Below, one piece after another: positions 7,585 to 16,541 of a stretch of DNA of 22,608 bases. Numbering within the stretch: the stretch's first letter is position 1; each line of letters starts with the position of its first letter. Below the pieces are notes generated by a model that did not search any database, was not told the origin of the DNA, and was given only the letters and a program-made list of their open reading frames with translations. A program made the position numbers and the translations under genes. The DNA comes from a virus (lineage: Duplodnaviria > Heunggongvirae > Uroviricota > Caudoviricetes), in IMG/VR virus record IMGVR_UViG_2737471849_000007, one strand, 5' to 3'.

Positions 7585-7917
7585 TTAGACGTAAATATCA
7601 ATGGTGCCAGCGGTATTTGTATCGTCTTTTTTCTCTTCTTTTTTATCAGGCTGAACTGTCGCGTCTTTATTCTTTTTCTCTGCCTGCTGCCTTAACAACT
7701 GCTCCAGTTGAGCCCTGAGGCTTTCAATTTGCTTCTGTACCAATGCAGCCATTTCTTTTTTCTGCTGTGTCGTCATCCCCTCTTCCGATGAGATTTTCCC
7801 AAGCTTTTCAGTCAGCACCTGAATTTGTCTTGTGATTTTGGCTATTTCTGATGTTCCTTCCGGGGCGGAGTTGTTTGAAATAACGGTTGAGGTATTTCCC
7901 TGAATTGTGACAGACAT
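7585..7917 (-). CDS. flxA: FlxA (110 aa), sigma-28-dependent prophage protein
   Basis: Track ORF of 110 aa, Gln/Lys/Glu-rich coiled-coil-like sequence; a sigma-28-type promoter lies directly upstream. Confidence 0.88.
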   Translation of the reverse strand: MSVTIQGNTSTVISNNSAPEGTSEIAKITRQIQVLTEKLGKISSEEGMTTQQKKEMAALVQKQIESLRAQLEQLLRQQAEKKNKDATVQPDKKEEKKDDTNTAGTIDIYV

Positions 7918-7940
7918 AGATTTCTCCTTTTAAAAAAGCA

Positions 7941-7967
7941 CTATCGGCATGCACAAAAAAATCTTTA
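7941..7967 (-). promoter_or_regulatory. Sigma-28 (FliA) promoter for flxA
   Basis: Minus strand reads TAAAGATT-N11-GCCGATAG against consensus TAAAGTTT-N11-GCCGATAA; AAAGGAG RBS at 7923-7930 precedes the flxA ATG. Confidence 0.65.
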
Positions 7968-8119
7968 ATCGTATTTCTTGTGTCATTAATTGTTTGATGT
8001 TCAGATTGTTTTCCTCGCGGGCTGGCGCGCCTCAGAAAGTAAAGCTTGTTGACAGGGGTAAACGTTCGGCAATAATTTTCTGCCGCATGCGGGTGTTGCA
8101 TAAAACGTGCTACGTTCCT

Positions 8120-8425
8120 TTATCGACAGGTCAGGTCACCGCTCACCCGCCGACGAGAAAGCAACACTGACATGCTAAAGCAAAAAATAGATGAATAAGT
8201 TGAGTTGTGCATATGTAGCCTGACCGTCACAAAGTATATGGTGTCTGTACCAGTAAGATGATGGCCGGACTCTTTAAAAACGAGCTGACCTGCACAATAC
8301 AGGATGGACTTAGCAATGGCTGCTCCTGGCACAAAGCGGACAGTGATCACCGTTCTTACGACTACTTTCTGACTTCCTTCGTGACTTGCCCTAAGCATGT
8401 TGTAGTGCGATACTTGTAATGACAT
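8120..8425 (-). CDS. ydfV: Hypothetical protein YdfV (101 aa)
   Basis: Track ORF of 101 aa between flxA and relB; length matches remembered ydfV; sequence is unremarkable, so coding status is uncertain. Confidence 0.35.
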   Translation of the reverse strand: MSLQVSHYNMLRASHEGSQKVVVRTVITVRFVPGAAIAKSILYCAGQLVFKESGHHLTGTDTIYFVTVRLHMHNSTYSSIFCFSMSVLLSRRRVSGDLTCR

Positions 8426-8438
8426 TTGTAATTACAAG
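8414..8438. promoter_or_regulatory. relBE operator/promoter (relO)
   Basis: TTGTAATGACATTTGTAATTACAAG with palindromic TTGTAATTACAA core, about 12-36 nt upstream of the relB ATG. Confidence 0.65.
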
Positions 8439-8449
8439 AGGTGTAAGAC

Positions 8450-8689
8450 ATGGGTAGCATTAACCTGCGTATTGACGATGAACTTAAAGCGCGTTCTTAC
8501 GCCGCGCTTGAAAAAATGGGTGTAACTCCTTCTGAAGCGCTTCGTCTCATGCTCGAGTATATCGCTGACAATGAACGCTTGCCGTTCAAACAGACACTCC
8601 TGAGTGATGAAGATGCTGAACTTGTGGAGATAGTGAAAGAACGGCTTCGTAATCCTAAGCCAGTACGTGTGACGCTGGATGAACTCTGA
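8450..8689 (+). CDS. relB: Antitoxin RelB (79 aa)
   Basis: Track ORF MGSINLRIDDELKARSYAALEKMGVTPSEALRLMLEYIADNERLPF...; overlaps relE by 1 nt. Confidence 0.92.
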   Translation: MGSINLRIDDELKARSYAALEKMGVTPSEALRLMLEYIADNERLPFKQTLLSDEDAELVEIVKERLRNPKPVRVTLDEL

Positions 8690-8976
8690 TGGCGTATTTT
8701 CTGGATTTTGACGAGCGGGCACTAAAGGAATGGCGAAAGCTGGGCTCGACGGTACGTGAACAGTTGAAAAAGAAGCTGGTTGAAGTACTTGAGTCACCCC
8801 GGATTGAAGCAAACAAGCTCCGTGGTATGCCTGATTGTTACAAGATTAAGCTCCGGTCTTCAGGCTATCGCCTTGTATACCAGGTTATAGACGAGAAAGT
8901 TGTCGTTTTCGTGATTTCTGTTGGGAAAAGAGAACGCTCGGAAGTATATAGCGAGGCGGTCAAACGCATTCTCTGA
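8689..8976 (+). CDS. relE: mRNA interferase toxin RelE (95 aa)
   Basis: Track ORF MAYFLDFDERALKEWRKLGSTVREQLKKKLVEVLESPRIEANKLRGMPDCYKIKLRSSGYRLVYQV... Confidence 0.92.
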   Translation: MAYFLDFDERALKEWRKLGSTVREQLKKKLVEVLESPRIEANKLRGMPDCYKIKLRSSGYRLVYQVIDEKVVVFVISVGKRERSEVYSEAVKRIL

Positions 8977-9047
8977 ACCAAAGCATGACATCTCTGTTTC
9001 GCACCGAAGGTGACACTTCTGCTTTGCGTTGACAGGAGAAGCAGGCT

Positions 9048-9203
9048 ATGAAGCAGCAAAAGGCGATGTTAATCGCCCTGATCGTCATCTGTTTAACCGT
9101 CATAGTGACGGCACTGGTAACGAGGAAAGACCTCTGCGAGGTACGAATCCGAACCGGCCAGACGGAGGTCGCTGTCTTCACAGCTTACGAACCTGAGGAG
9201 TAA
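9048..9203 (+). CDS. hokD: Hok-family membrane toxin HokD/RelF (51 aa)
   Basis: Hand translation from ATG 9048: MKQQKAMLIALIVICLTVIVTALVTRKDLCEVRIRTGQTEVAVFTAYEPEE; below track cutoff; immediately downstream of relE. Confidence 0.85.
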   Translation: MKQQKAMLIALIVICLTVIVTALVTRKDLCEVRIRTGQTEVAVFTAYEPEE

Positions 9204-9271
9204 GAGACCCGGCGGGGGAGAAATCCCTCGCCACCTCTGATGTGGCAGGCATCCTCAACGCACCCGCACTT

Positions 9272-9299
9272 AACCCGCTTCGGCGGGTTTTTGTTTTTA
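9272..9299 (+). terminator. Intrinsic terminator after relB-relE-hokD
   Basis: CCCGC-ttcg-GCGGG hairpin followed by TTTTTGTTTTTA. Confidence 0.6.
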
Positions 9300-9419
9300 T
9301 TTTCAACGCGTTTGAAGTTCTGGACGGTGCCGGAATAGAATCAAAAATACTTAAGTAGCGCGCAGGGATAAGAGGGATGGTCCCTTAAAGGGGAGAGCTA
9401 ATTATCCGGAAGGATTCTG

Positions 9420-9671
9420 ATGATGAACATCGAAGAACTGCGTAAAATTTTTTGTGAAGATGGCCTCTATGCTGTGTGCGTTGAAAATGGAAATCTTGTT
9501 AGTCATTACCGCATTATGTGTTTGCGAAAGAATGGGGCTGCGTTAATTAATTTTGTGGATGCTCGGGTCACGGACGGATTTATCTTGCGCGAAGGTGAGT
9601 TTGTCACTTCATTACAGGCATTGAAAGAGATCGGAATAAAAGCTGGCTTTTCTGCTTTTTCAGGAGAATAA
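9420..9671 (+). CDS. rem: Prophage protein Rem (83 aa)
   Basis: Track ORF of 83 aa; GGAAGGA RBS 5 nt upstream; length and position match remembered rem. Confidence 0.75.
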   Translation: MMNIEELRKIFCEDGLYAVCVENGNLVSHYRIMCLRKNGAALINFVDARVTDGFILREGEFVTSLQALKEIGIKAGFSAFSGE

Positions 9672-9737
9672 ACTCATCTACAATCTTGCGCGGGGCTGAA
9701 CTCCCGCTGAGTAACACCGTGCCACCGGAGAAAACCG

Positions 9738-10016
9738 ATGGCACGCAACGCAAAATATTACAATTCTGATAATTCGCCCGTTCTTGCCTGCACGCACGGG
9801 CGGTATTCTCACGCATTCAAGTCTGAATGGTTCCAGCACCCTCCATGCACTGCAGAACAGGCCGAATGGCTGATTCATTCTTACCGCAGGCGCGGGTTCG
9901 AGGTTAAGAAAGCTCTCAGTCTCGACTATCGGCACTGGATAATCTCTGTCAGGCTGCCTTATTCCGAACGCCCACCACGTGCGTCCCGCACTTTCCAGCA
10001 ACGGATCTGGAGGTAA
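9738..10016 (+). CDS. Hypothetical protein (92 aa), possibly translationally coupled to ydfU
   Basis: ATG 9738 preceded by GGAGAAAA; its stop TAA (10014-10016) abuts the ydfU GTG start; sequence is Cys/His-containing and protein-like. Confidence 0.4.
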   Translation: MARNAKYYNSDNSPVLACTHGRYSHAFKSEWFQHPPCTAEQAEWLIHSYRRRGFEVKKALSLDYRHWIISVRLPYSERPPRASRTFQQRIWR

Positions 10017-10017
10017 C

Positions 10018-11067
10018 GTGCGGGTATTACTTAGACCTGTTCTGGTGCCTGAGCTTGGGCTGGTGGTCCTTAAGCCGGGCCGTGAATCCATACAGATATT
10101 TCATAATCCTCGAGTGCTGGTGGAACCGGAACCAAAAAGCATGCGTAATCTGCCATCCGGAGTCGTTCCTGCCGTTCGCCAGCCGCTGGCGGAAGACAAA
10201 ACATTGCTGCCGTTTTTTAGTAACGAACGGGTGATTCGTGCTGCTGGCGGCGTTGGCGCATTGTCCGACTGGCTATTACGTCATGTTACATCCTGCCAGT
10301 GGCCTAATGGCGATTACCATCACACTGAAACAGTCATTCACCGTTATGGTACCGGCGCAATGGTGTTGTGCTGGCACTGCGACAACCAACTGCGTGACCA
10401 GACATCGGAATCACTGGAGCTGCTTGCTCAACAAAATCTGACAGCATGGGTGATTGACGTCATCCGTCACGCAATAAGCGGTACGCAGGAGCGGGAATTA
10501 TCTTTGGCTGAATTATCCTGGTGGGCGGTCTGCAATCAGGTGGTGGATGCACTACCTGAGGCTGTATCGCGTCGTTCGCTGGGATTACCAGCGGAAAAAA
10601 TCTGCTCGGTGTACCGCGAAAGCGACATCGTACCGGGAGAGCAGACCGCCACCAGCATATTGAAACAACGCACAAAAAATCTTGCACCGTTGCCTTACGC
10701 CCACCAGCAACAAAAATCACCACAGGAAAAGACGGTGGTAAGCATCACCGTTGATCCAGAGTCTCCGGAATCTTTCATGAAGCTGCCTAAACGTCGCCGC
10801 TGGGTTAAGGAGAAATACACACGTTGGGTTAAGACACAGCCGTGTGCTTGCTGCGGTATGCCAGCCGACGATCCGCATCATCTGATTGGTCACGGGCAGG
10901 GCGGAATGGGAACAAAAGCACATGATCTCTTTGTGTTGCCTTTGTGCAGAAAGCATCACAACGAGCTGCATACGGATACAGTGGCATTTGAAGATAAGTA
11001 TGGCTCCCAACTGGAGCTGATATTTCGTTTTATCGATCGCGCGCTGGCAATTGGCGTACTGGCGTAA
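10018..11067 (+). CDS. ydfU: DUF968-like prophage protein YdfU (349 aa from GTG 10018; 362 aa from ATG 9979)
   Basis: Track ORF 9979..11067; internal GTG at 10018 with GGAGG 4 nt upstream gives 349 aa; C-terminal motif CACCGMPADDPHHLIGHG...CRKHHNELH resembles an HNH/zinc-finger signature. Confidence 0.75.
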   Translation: MRVLLRPVLVPELGLVVLKPGRESIQIFHNPRVLVEPEPKSMRNLPSGVVPAVRQPLAEDKTLLPFFSNERVIRAAGGVGALSDWLLRHVTSCQWPNGDYHHTETVIHRYGTGAMVLCWHCDNQLRDQTSESLELLAQQNLTAWVIDVIRHAISGTQERELSLAELSWWAVCNQVVDALPEAVSRRSLGLPAEKICSVYRESDIVPGEQTATSILKQRTKNLAPLPYAHQQQKSPQEKTVVSITVDPESPESFMKLPKRRRWVKEKYTRWVKTQPCACCGMPADDPHHLIGHGQGGMGTKAHDLFVLPLCRKHHNELHTDTVAFEDKYGSQLELIFRFIDRALAIGVLA

Positions 11068-11080
11068 GTGGAGAACGAGC

Positions 11081-11833
11081 ATGAACCTTGAAGCCTTACC
11101 AAAATATTACTCCCCAAAATCTCCAAAATTGAGCGATGACGCTCCAGCGACAGGCACCGGTTGTTTAACAATTACGGATGTAATGGCAGCGCAGGGGATG
11201 GTGCAGTCGAAAGCACCACTTGGGTTGGCCTTATTTCTGGCAAAAGTTGGTGTTCAGGACCCTCAGTTTGCGATTGAAGGCCTGCTAAATTACGCGATGG
11301 CACTGGATAACCCGACATTGAACAAATTGAGTGAAGAAATCCGGTTACAGATTATTCCTTACCTCGTGAGTTTTGCCTTTGCTGATTACTCCAGGTCTGC
11401 GGCAAGTAAGGCTCGCTGTGAGCATTGTTCAGGTACGGGATTTTATAATGTATTGCGCGAAGTGGTGAAACACTACAGACGCGGGGAATCTGTAATCAAG
11501 GAAGAATGGGTGAAGGAACTATGTCAGCATTGCCATGGTAAGGGCGAAGCCAGCACAGCGTGCAGAGGGTGTAAGGGTAAAGGGATTGTTCTGGATGAAA
11601 AAAGAACCCGGTTTCATGGCGTACCGGTATATAAGATTTGTGGGCGTTGTAATGGAAACCGGTTTAGTCGTTTACCGACCACGCTGGCACGACGTCATGT
11701 CCAGAAGCTGGTACCAGACCTGACCGATTATCAGTGGTATAAGGGGTATGCGGACGTCATTGGTAAACTGGTAACAAAGTGCTGGCAGGAAGAAGCATAC
11801 GCGGAAGCGCAATTGAGGAAGGTGACGAGATAA
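11081..11833 (+). CDS. quuQ: Late-gene antiterminator Q (250 aa from ATG 11081)
   Basis: Track ORF 11051..11833; Cys-rich zinc-binding region (CEHCSGTG...CQHCHGKG...CRGCKGKG...CGRCNG); followed by a promoter plus short-transcript terminator. Confidence 0.8.
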   Translation: MNLEALPKYYSPKSPKLSDDAPATGTGCLTITDVMAAQGMVQSKAPLGLALFLAKVGVQDPQFAIEGLLNYAMALDNPTLNKLSEEIRLQIIPYLVSFAFADYSRSAASKARCEHCSGTGFYNVLREVVKHYRRGESVIKEEWVKELCQHCHGKGEASTACRGCKGKGIVLDEKRTRFHGVPVYKICGRCNGNRFSRLPTTLARRHVQKLVPDLTDYQWYKGYADVIGKLVTKCWQEEAYAEAQLRKVTR

Positions 11834-11864
11834 ATGATTTTTGCTGAAGATGGCGACATGATGT

Positions 11865-11893
11865 TTGCATTTTTCAAAAAATATGGATAAAAT
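11865..11893 (+). promoter_or_regulatory. Putative late promoter PR' (-35 TTGCAT, 17-bp spacer, -10 TAAAAT)
   Basis: Sigma-70-like hexamers about 30 nt after the Q stop and about 50-70 nt upstream of a strong terminator, as in lambda PR'/qut/tR'. Confidence 0.45.
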
Positions 11894-11938
11894 TTTTTCA
11901 ACGATGGGCTTTGTATACCCGACGTTAAGAAAAAGTAG

Positions 11939-11966
11939 AAAACCCGCTGATGAGCGGGTTTTGTGC
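11939..11966 (+). terminator. tR'-like intrinsic terminator downstream of Q
   Basis: Perfect hairpin CCCGCT-gatg-AGCGGG followed by TTTTGTGCTTT and preceded by an A-run. Confidence 0.6.
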
Positions 11967-12254
11967 TTTAAATGGGGCAATGGTAATGTTGAATCTCATC
12001 CCGGGACTCATGTCTGTTAACTTATTATTTAGCTGGTGACTTGGTTATTTGCCTGATGTTTAAAATGTTTTCTTCCAGTACAATGTCCCTAAACACAATG
12101 AGTCTGCTTATTATATTATTAGCAGAGCTATTACGGCCAAAGTACAGCATAAGCTTTTAAAGCCAATCAACCAGTCATCAAGACAGACGGGGTTATTCAT
12201 AAAAACTCTCCATGTGTGATCCGATGGGGCCTGAAATTAAAGCTTTAATATAGC

Positions 12255-12467
12255 TCATGAAAGGTAAACATTGGCAGCTGAAGGGCCACGCAGACCATTT
12301 ATCCGGCAAAATTCCACGCGTAATCCGGTGGTAATTTCTTCTGCATCGCGGAGATTGAGCGCTGAGACATGAAGCTGGACATCGATACGACCATCGGATG
12401 GGGTGATAAGACCCTTGCCGCTTTTGCCGTCAAAGGTTTTGACAATTCCTGTCATTTTACGGGACAA
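12255..12467 (-). CDS. cspF: Cold-shock-domain protein CspF (70 aa)
   Basis: Track [29 protein letters not shown]... with CspA-family fold but a degenerate RNP motif. Confidence 0.88.
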
Positions 12468-12767
12468 AAAAATTCCTTAATACTGATAACTTGGCGCACT
12501 ATACACACGTTCCTGAAGAAAGCTATAGTTTTTTGATGGGGTTGAAGATGGCTGGATGTCTAAAATAAACATTGCTTCATATGTTCAACTATGCGTTAAT
12601 GATTGCGTCGGTTTGAAGAACAGACGATATACGAAGTAGTTTACTAAAGCAGTTCTCATTTCAGGTGTTATTCACTTATTCCTTCTTTGAGTCTCTCCAA
12701 TTAAGTACGAAGTCGTTTCTGTTATGCAAACCATTTATGCCGAAAGGCTCAAGTTAAGGAATGTAGA

Positions 12768-12983
12768 ATGTCAAATAAAATGACTGGTTTAGTAAAATGG
12801 TTTAACGCTGATAAAGGTTTCGGCTTTATTTCTCCTGTTGATGGTAGTAAAGATGTGTTTGTGCATTTTTCTGCGATTCAGAATGATAATTATCGAACCT
12901 TATTTGAAGGTCAAAAGGTTACCTTCTCTATAGAGAGTGGTGCTAAAGGTCCTGCAGCAGCAAATGTCATCATTACTGATTAA
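12768..12983 (+). CDS. cspB: Cold-shock protein CspB (71 aa)
   Basis: Track [41 protein letters not shown]... with canonical RNP1/RNP2 motifs; AAGGAATG RBS; long AT-rich 5' leader. Confidence 0.92.
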   Translation: MSNKMTGLVKWFNADKGFGFISPVDGSKDVFVHFSAIQNDNYRTLFEGQKVTFSIESGAKGPAAANVIITD

Positions 12984-13267
12984 AATTCATCGCTCGTCTG
13001 TATACGATAACGAAGAAGGCTGATGCCTGAGTAGAGATACGGACAGAGTAGTGAATATTGGATCTCTTTAATAAAAAGTAAGGAGGTCCAATACATGAAA
13101 CAATGGCTAGCATATTTGGCAAAATCTTAATCAGGAAAAGTATGCTAACCATTGTGGTGAAGTGCAGGTTTGCTGCATGAATAGTTTTACAGCAGAAGCT
13201 AACTGCTGGCATGGCAAAACAAAGTGCGTAAGTGGATGACTCCCACAAAAAGCACCACAATCTCAAA

Positions 13268-13287
13268 CCCGCTCAGGCGGGTTTTTT
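13268..13287. terminator. Probable bidirectional intrinsic terminator between cspB and the convergent zinc-ribbon ORF
   Basis: CCCGC-tcag-GCGGG hairpin followed by TTTTTT on the plus strand; T-rich on the other side too. Confidence 0.55.
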
Positions 13288-13346
13288 ATTATCTGCTTTA
13301 AATATATTATTAAAATATAAAAAATACTTGTTACTAATAAAATCAA

Positions 13347-13517
13347 TCAGGCTACAGCTTTAAGATTTGTCTGGAATACTTTGTTGCAATGAGGGCAGAT
13401 CAAAAGGGCACCTTTTTGTACTCTTGAAAAACTGTGTTCTGACTCTTGGGTGCAGTTTGGGCAGGAACATTTAACGAGATAATTACGGCGTGATTTTGAG
13501 TTTTTACGTTCTGACAT
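13347..13517 (-). CDS. Small zinc-ribbon protein (56 aa from ATG rc 13515-13517)
   Basis: Internal ATG of track ORF 13347..13568 with AGGAAAA about 9 nt upstream; MSERKNSKSRRNYLVKCSCPNCTQESEHSFSRVQKGALLICPHCNKVFQTNLKAVA has CxCxxC...CxxC. May correspond to a K-12 small protein (possibly ynfU), not asserted. Confidence 0.5.
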   Translation of the reverse strand: MSERKNSKSRRNYLVKCSCPNCTQESEHSFSRVQKGALLICPHCNKVFQTNLKAVA

Positions 13518-13736
13518 AGGCTTTTCCTGTATAAATGGCCGTATACAGTACACTAAATATGAAAACATTTCTCGTATTATTATTTTATATATGACTTTCT
13601 TTCAAAATAATTACCCACATTTTTAATGTGTATGTTTTTTTAGCGCCGTTGAGAACAACGTGTGCTGTCAAAACTACCCCGTAGACTCCGATCTTTTCAA
13701 ACATATTGCACCATCCGTGTACATCGGGGTGAGGAT

Positions 13737-13952
13737 ATGAAATCAATGGATAAGTTAACAACAGGTGTTGCCTATGGCACATCGGCGGGTAATGCTGGTT
13801 TCTGGGCATTGCAGTTACTCGATAAAGTAACTCCGTCACAGTGGGCTGCAATCGGTGTGCTGGGTAGCCTGGTTTTTGGCCTGCTGACGTATCTGACAAA
13901 TCTTTATTTCAAGATTAAAGAAGACAGGCGTAAGGCTGCGAGAGGAGAGTAA
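13737..13952 (+). CDS. essQ: Class II holin/pinholin (phage-21 S-like), 71 aa, dual-start motif
   Basis: Internal ATG of track ORF 13662..13952; N-terminus MKSMDK gives Met1/Met4 dual start; two TM segments; followed by a SAR endolysin. Confidence 0.82.
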   Translation: MKSMDKLTTGVAYGTSAGNAGFWALQLLDKVTPSQWAAIGVLGSLVFGLLTYLTNLYFKIKEDRRKAARGE

Positions 13953-13956
13953 TCCA

Positions 13957-14264
13957 ATGACTCAAGACTATGAACTGGTTGTGAAAGGAGTCCGTAATTT
14001 TGAGAATAAAGTTACGGTAACTGTAGCCTTACAGGACAAAGAACGCTTTGACGGTGAAATTTTTGACCTGGATGTCGCCATGGACCGTGTTGAAGGAGCT
14101 GCGCTGGAGTTTTATGAGGCAGCAGCCAGAAGGAGCGTCCGGCAAGTCTTCCTGGAAGTAGCAGAAAAATTGTCAGAAAAAGTTGAGTCTTATCTGCAGC
14201 ATCAGTACTCCTTTAAGATTGAAAATCCTGCCAATAAGCACGAGCGTCCTCATCATAAATATAT

Positions 14265-14268
<4 letters not shown>
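13957..14268 (+). CDS. ydfR: Hypothetical protein YdfR (103 aa) inside the lysis cassette
   Basis: Track ORF of 103 aa between holin and endolysin; stop overlaps the rrrQ start (ATGA). Confidence 0.72.
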
Positions 14269-15292
<1,024 letters not shown>

Positions 15293-15655
15293 GGTAATAT
15301 TAAATCGGAACATTTACATCGCGGAATGTAAAATTTAAATAAAAAGGACTCTTCCATGAGCCAAAATTCCTGAAATCTTAAGGGTAAGATAAAAGGTCTT
15401 AATCAGAATGACACGTTATTATTAATAAATAAAGCTATTCTTTCATTGCTGTGTTTTTCTTTACAAAAGTAATCCTTGCTATGGGTGGTTAATCATGCGT
15501 TAATGGTGTTCTGGTTTGTTACAAATTTATCTGAAGCAGTCATTGTTATAATTTTATTATTTGTACCTCTTGAGATTTCCTTGTTGGTTTTTCTCTCTGA
15601 TATTTTTTTTCGGACCATTCTGCCCAAGGGCTAATTTCTTCAAAAGGTAATAATT

Positions 15656-15868
15656 ATGTCTAACAAAATGACTGGTTTAGTGAAATGGTTTAACCCTGAA
15701 AAAGGTTTTGGTTTCATCACGCCGAAAGATGGCAGCAAAGATGTGTTTGTCCATTTCTCAGCAATTCAGAGCAACGATTTCAAAACATTAACTGAGAATC
15801 AGGAAGTTGAATTTGGTATTGAGAACGGACCTAAAGGTCCTGCCGCTGTTCATGTAGTGGCGCTTTGA
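15656..15868 (+). CDS. cspI: Cold-shock protein CspI (70 aa)
   Basis: Track [41 protein letters not shown]...; CspA-family RNP motifs. Confidence 0.92.
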   Translation: MSNKMTGLVKWFNPEKGFGFITPKDGSKDVFVHFSAIQSNDFKTLTENQEVEFGIENGPKGPAAVHVVAL

Positions 15869-15956
15869 GGTAGACAATATTACAAACCATATTCACTTTA
15901 GATGCCCGTGTTGTCATGGTTCCCAGTATAGAACATCATCTTTTGATGTTTCTGAC

Positions 15957-16067
15957 ATGAATCCTTTCGGGGCAAAATGTATCTTTTGTAAATCAATGAT
16001 GATTACATTTGATAATATTTCACAATACTTAAATGCCAGCCGTCTGTCGTTGGATTTAAAAAAGTGA
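15957..16067 (+). CDS. Small Cys-rich zinc-ribbon-like ORF (36 aa from first ATG; domain extends upstream to about 15879)
   Basis: Frame open from 15858; in-frame sequence ...HFRCPCCHGSQYRTSSFDVSDMNPFGAKCIFCKSMMITFDNISQYLNASRLSLDLKK; CPCC lies upstream of the first ATG (15957); possible ATT start at 15879 with GAGG 8 nt upstream. Confidence 0.35.
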   Translation: MNPFGAKCIFCKSMMITFDNISQYLNASRLSLDLKK

Positions 16068-16071
16068 AAAT

Positions 16072-16096
16072 GAAGGCTCCTTCGGGAGCTTTTTTG
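16072..16096 (+). terminator. Intrinsic terminator after the cspI / zinc-ribbon ORF unit
   Basis: GCTCC-ttcg-GGAGC hairpin followed by TTTTTT. Confidence 0.55.
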
Positions 16097-16214
16097 CTTG
16101 GTATCTATTCGATGGATACTCACATACTACGGTAACATCATGAAAAAAATCATAGTTTTTTTTAACTCTGAACCTGCAGTGGTAGTGCCAGCGATGACTG
16201 GAGTTAACACCATC

Positions 16215-16370
16215 ATGCGTGAATATCCAAATGGCGAAAAAACACACCTTACTGTAATGGCCGCAGGGTTTCCATCTCTGACCGGAGATCATAAAGTCAT
16301 TTATGTAGCCGCGGATCGACATGTTACTTCAGAAGAAATTCTGGAAGCAGCAATAAGGCTCTTGAGTTGA
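16215..16370 (+). CDS. ynfN: Cold-shock-associated small protein YnfN (51 aa as remembered; same frame is open from ATG 16140 = 76 aa)
   Basis: C-terminal 51 codons MREYPNGEKTHLTVMAAGFPSLTGDHKVIYVAADRHVTSEEILEAAIRLLS of track ORF 16098..16370; sits immediately upstream of gnsB. Confidence 0.55.
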   Translation: MREYPNGEKTHLTVMAAGFPSLTGDHKVIYVAADRHVTSEEILEAAIRLLS

Positions 16371-16541
16371 TTTGATGCTATTGTATTGATAATTCAGGAA
16401 AATTTTCTTTGTCTGTTTGTGTAAAATTTAGACTATCGTATGTTGATTATTGCGATGTTTCATCTTATCTTTTACACGTTTGCACCATATAATCGACTTA
16501 CTGTGTAACTGGAAAGTCATAACAGACTAAAAGAGGAAATG

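Noticed and set aside
7808-8101. 97-aa minus-strand ORF overlapping the 5' third of flxA
   Set aside because: It overlaps flxA in another frame for about 110 nt and contains the flxA sigma-28 promoter; more likely a chance ORF. The neighbouring 101-aa ORF (8120-8425) was kept as the ydfV candidate.
8432-8812. 126-aa minus-strand ORF antisense to relB/relE
   Set aside because: Entirely antisense to two well-supported genes; no RBS; composition looks non-coding.
9678-10091. 137-aa minus-strand ORF antisense to the 92-aa ORF and ydfU start
   Set aside because: Pro/Arg/Ser-rich low-complexity translation, typical of antisense reading of a GC-richer coding region.
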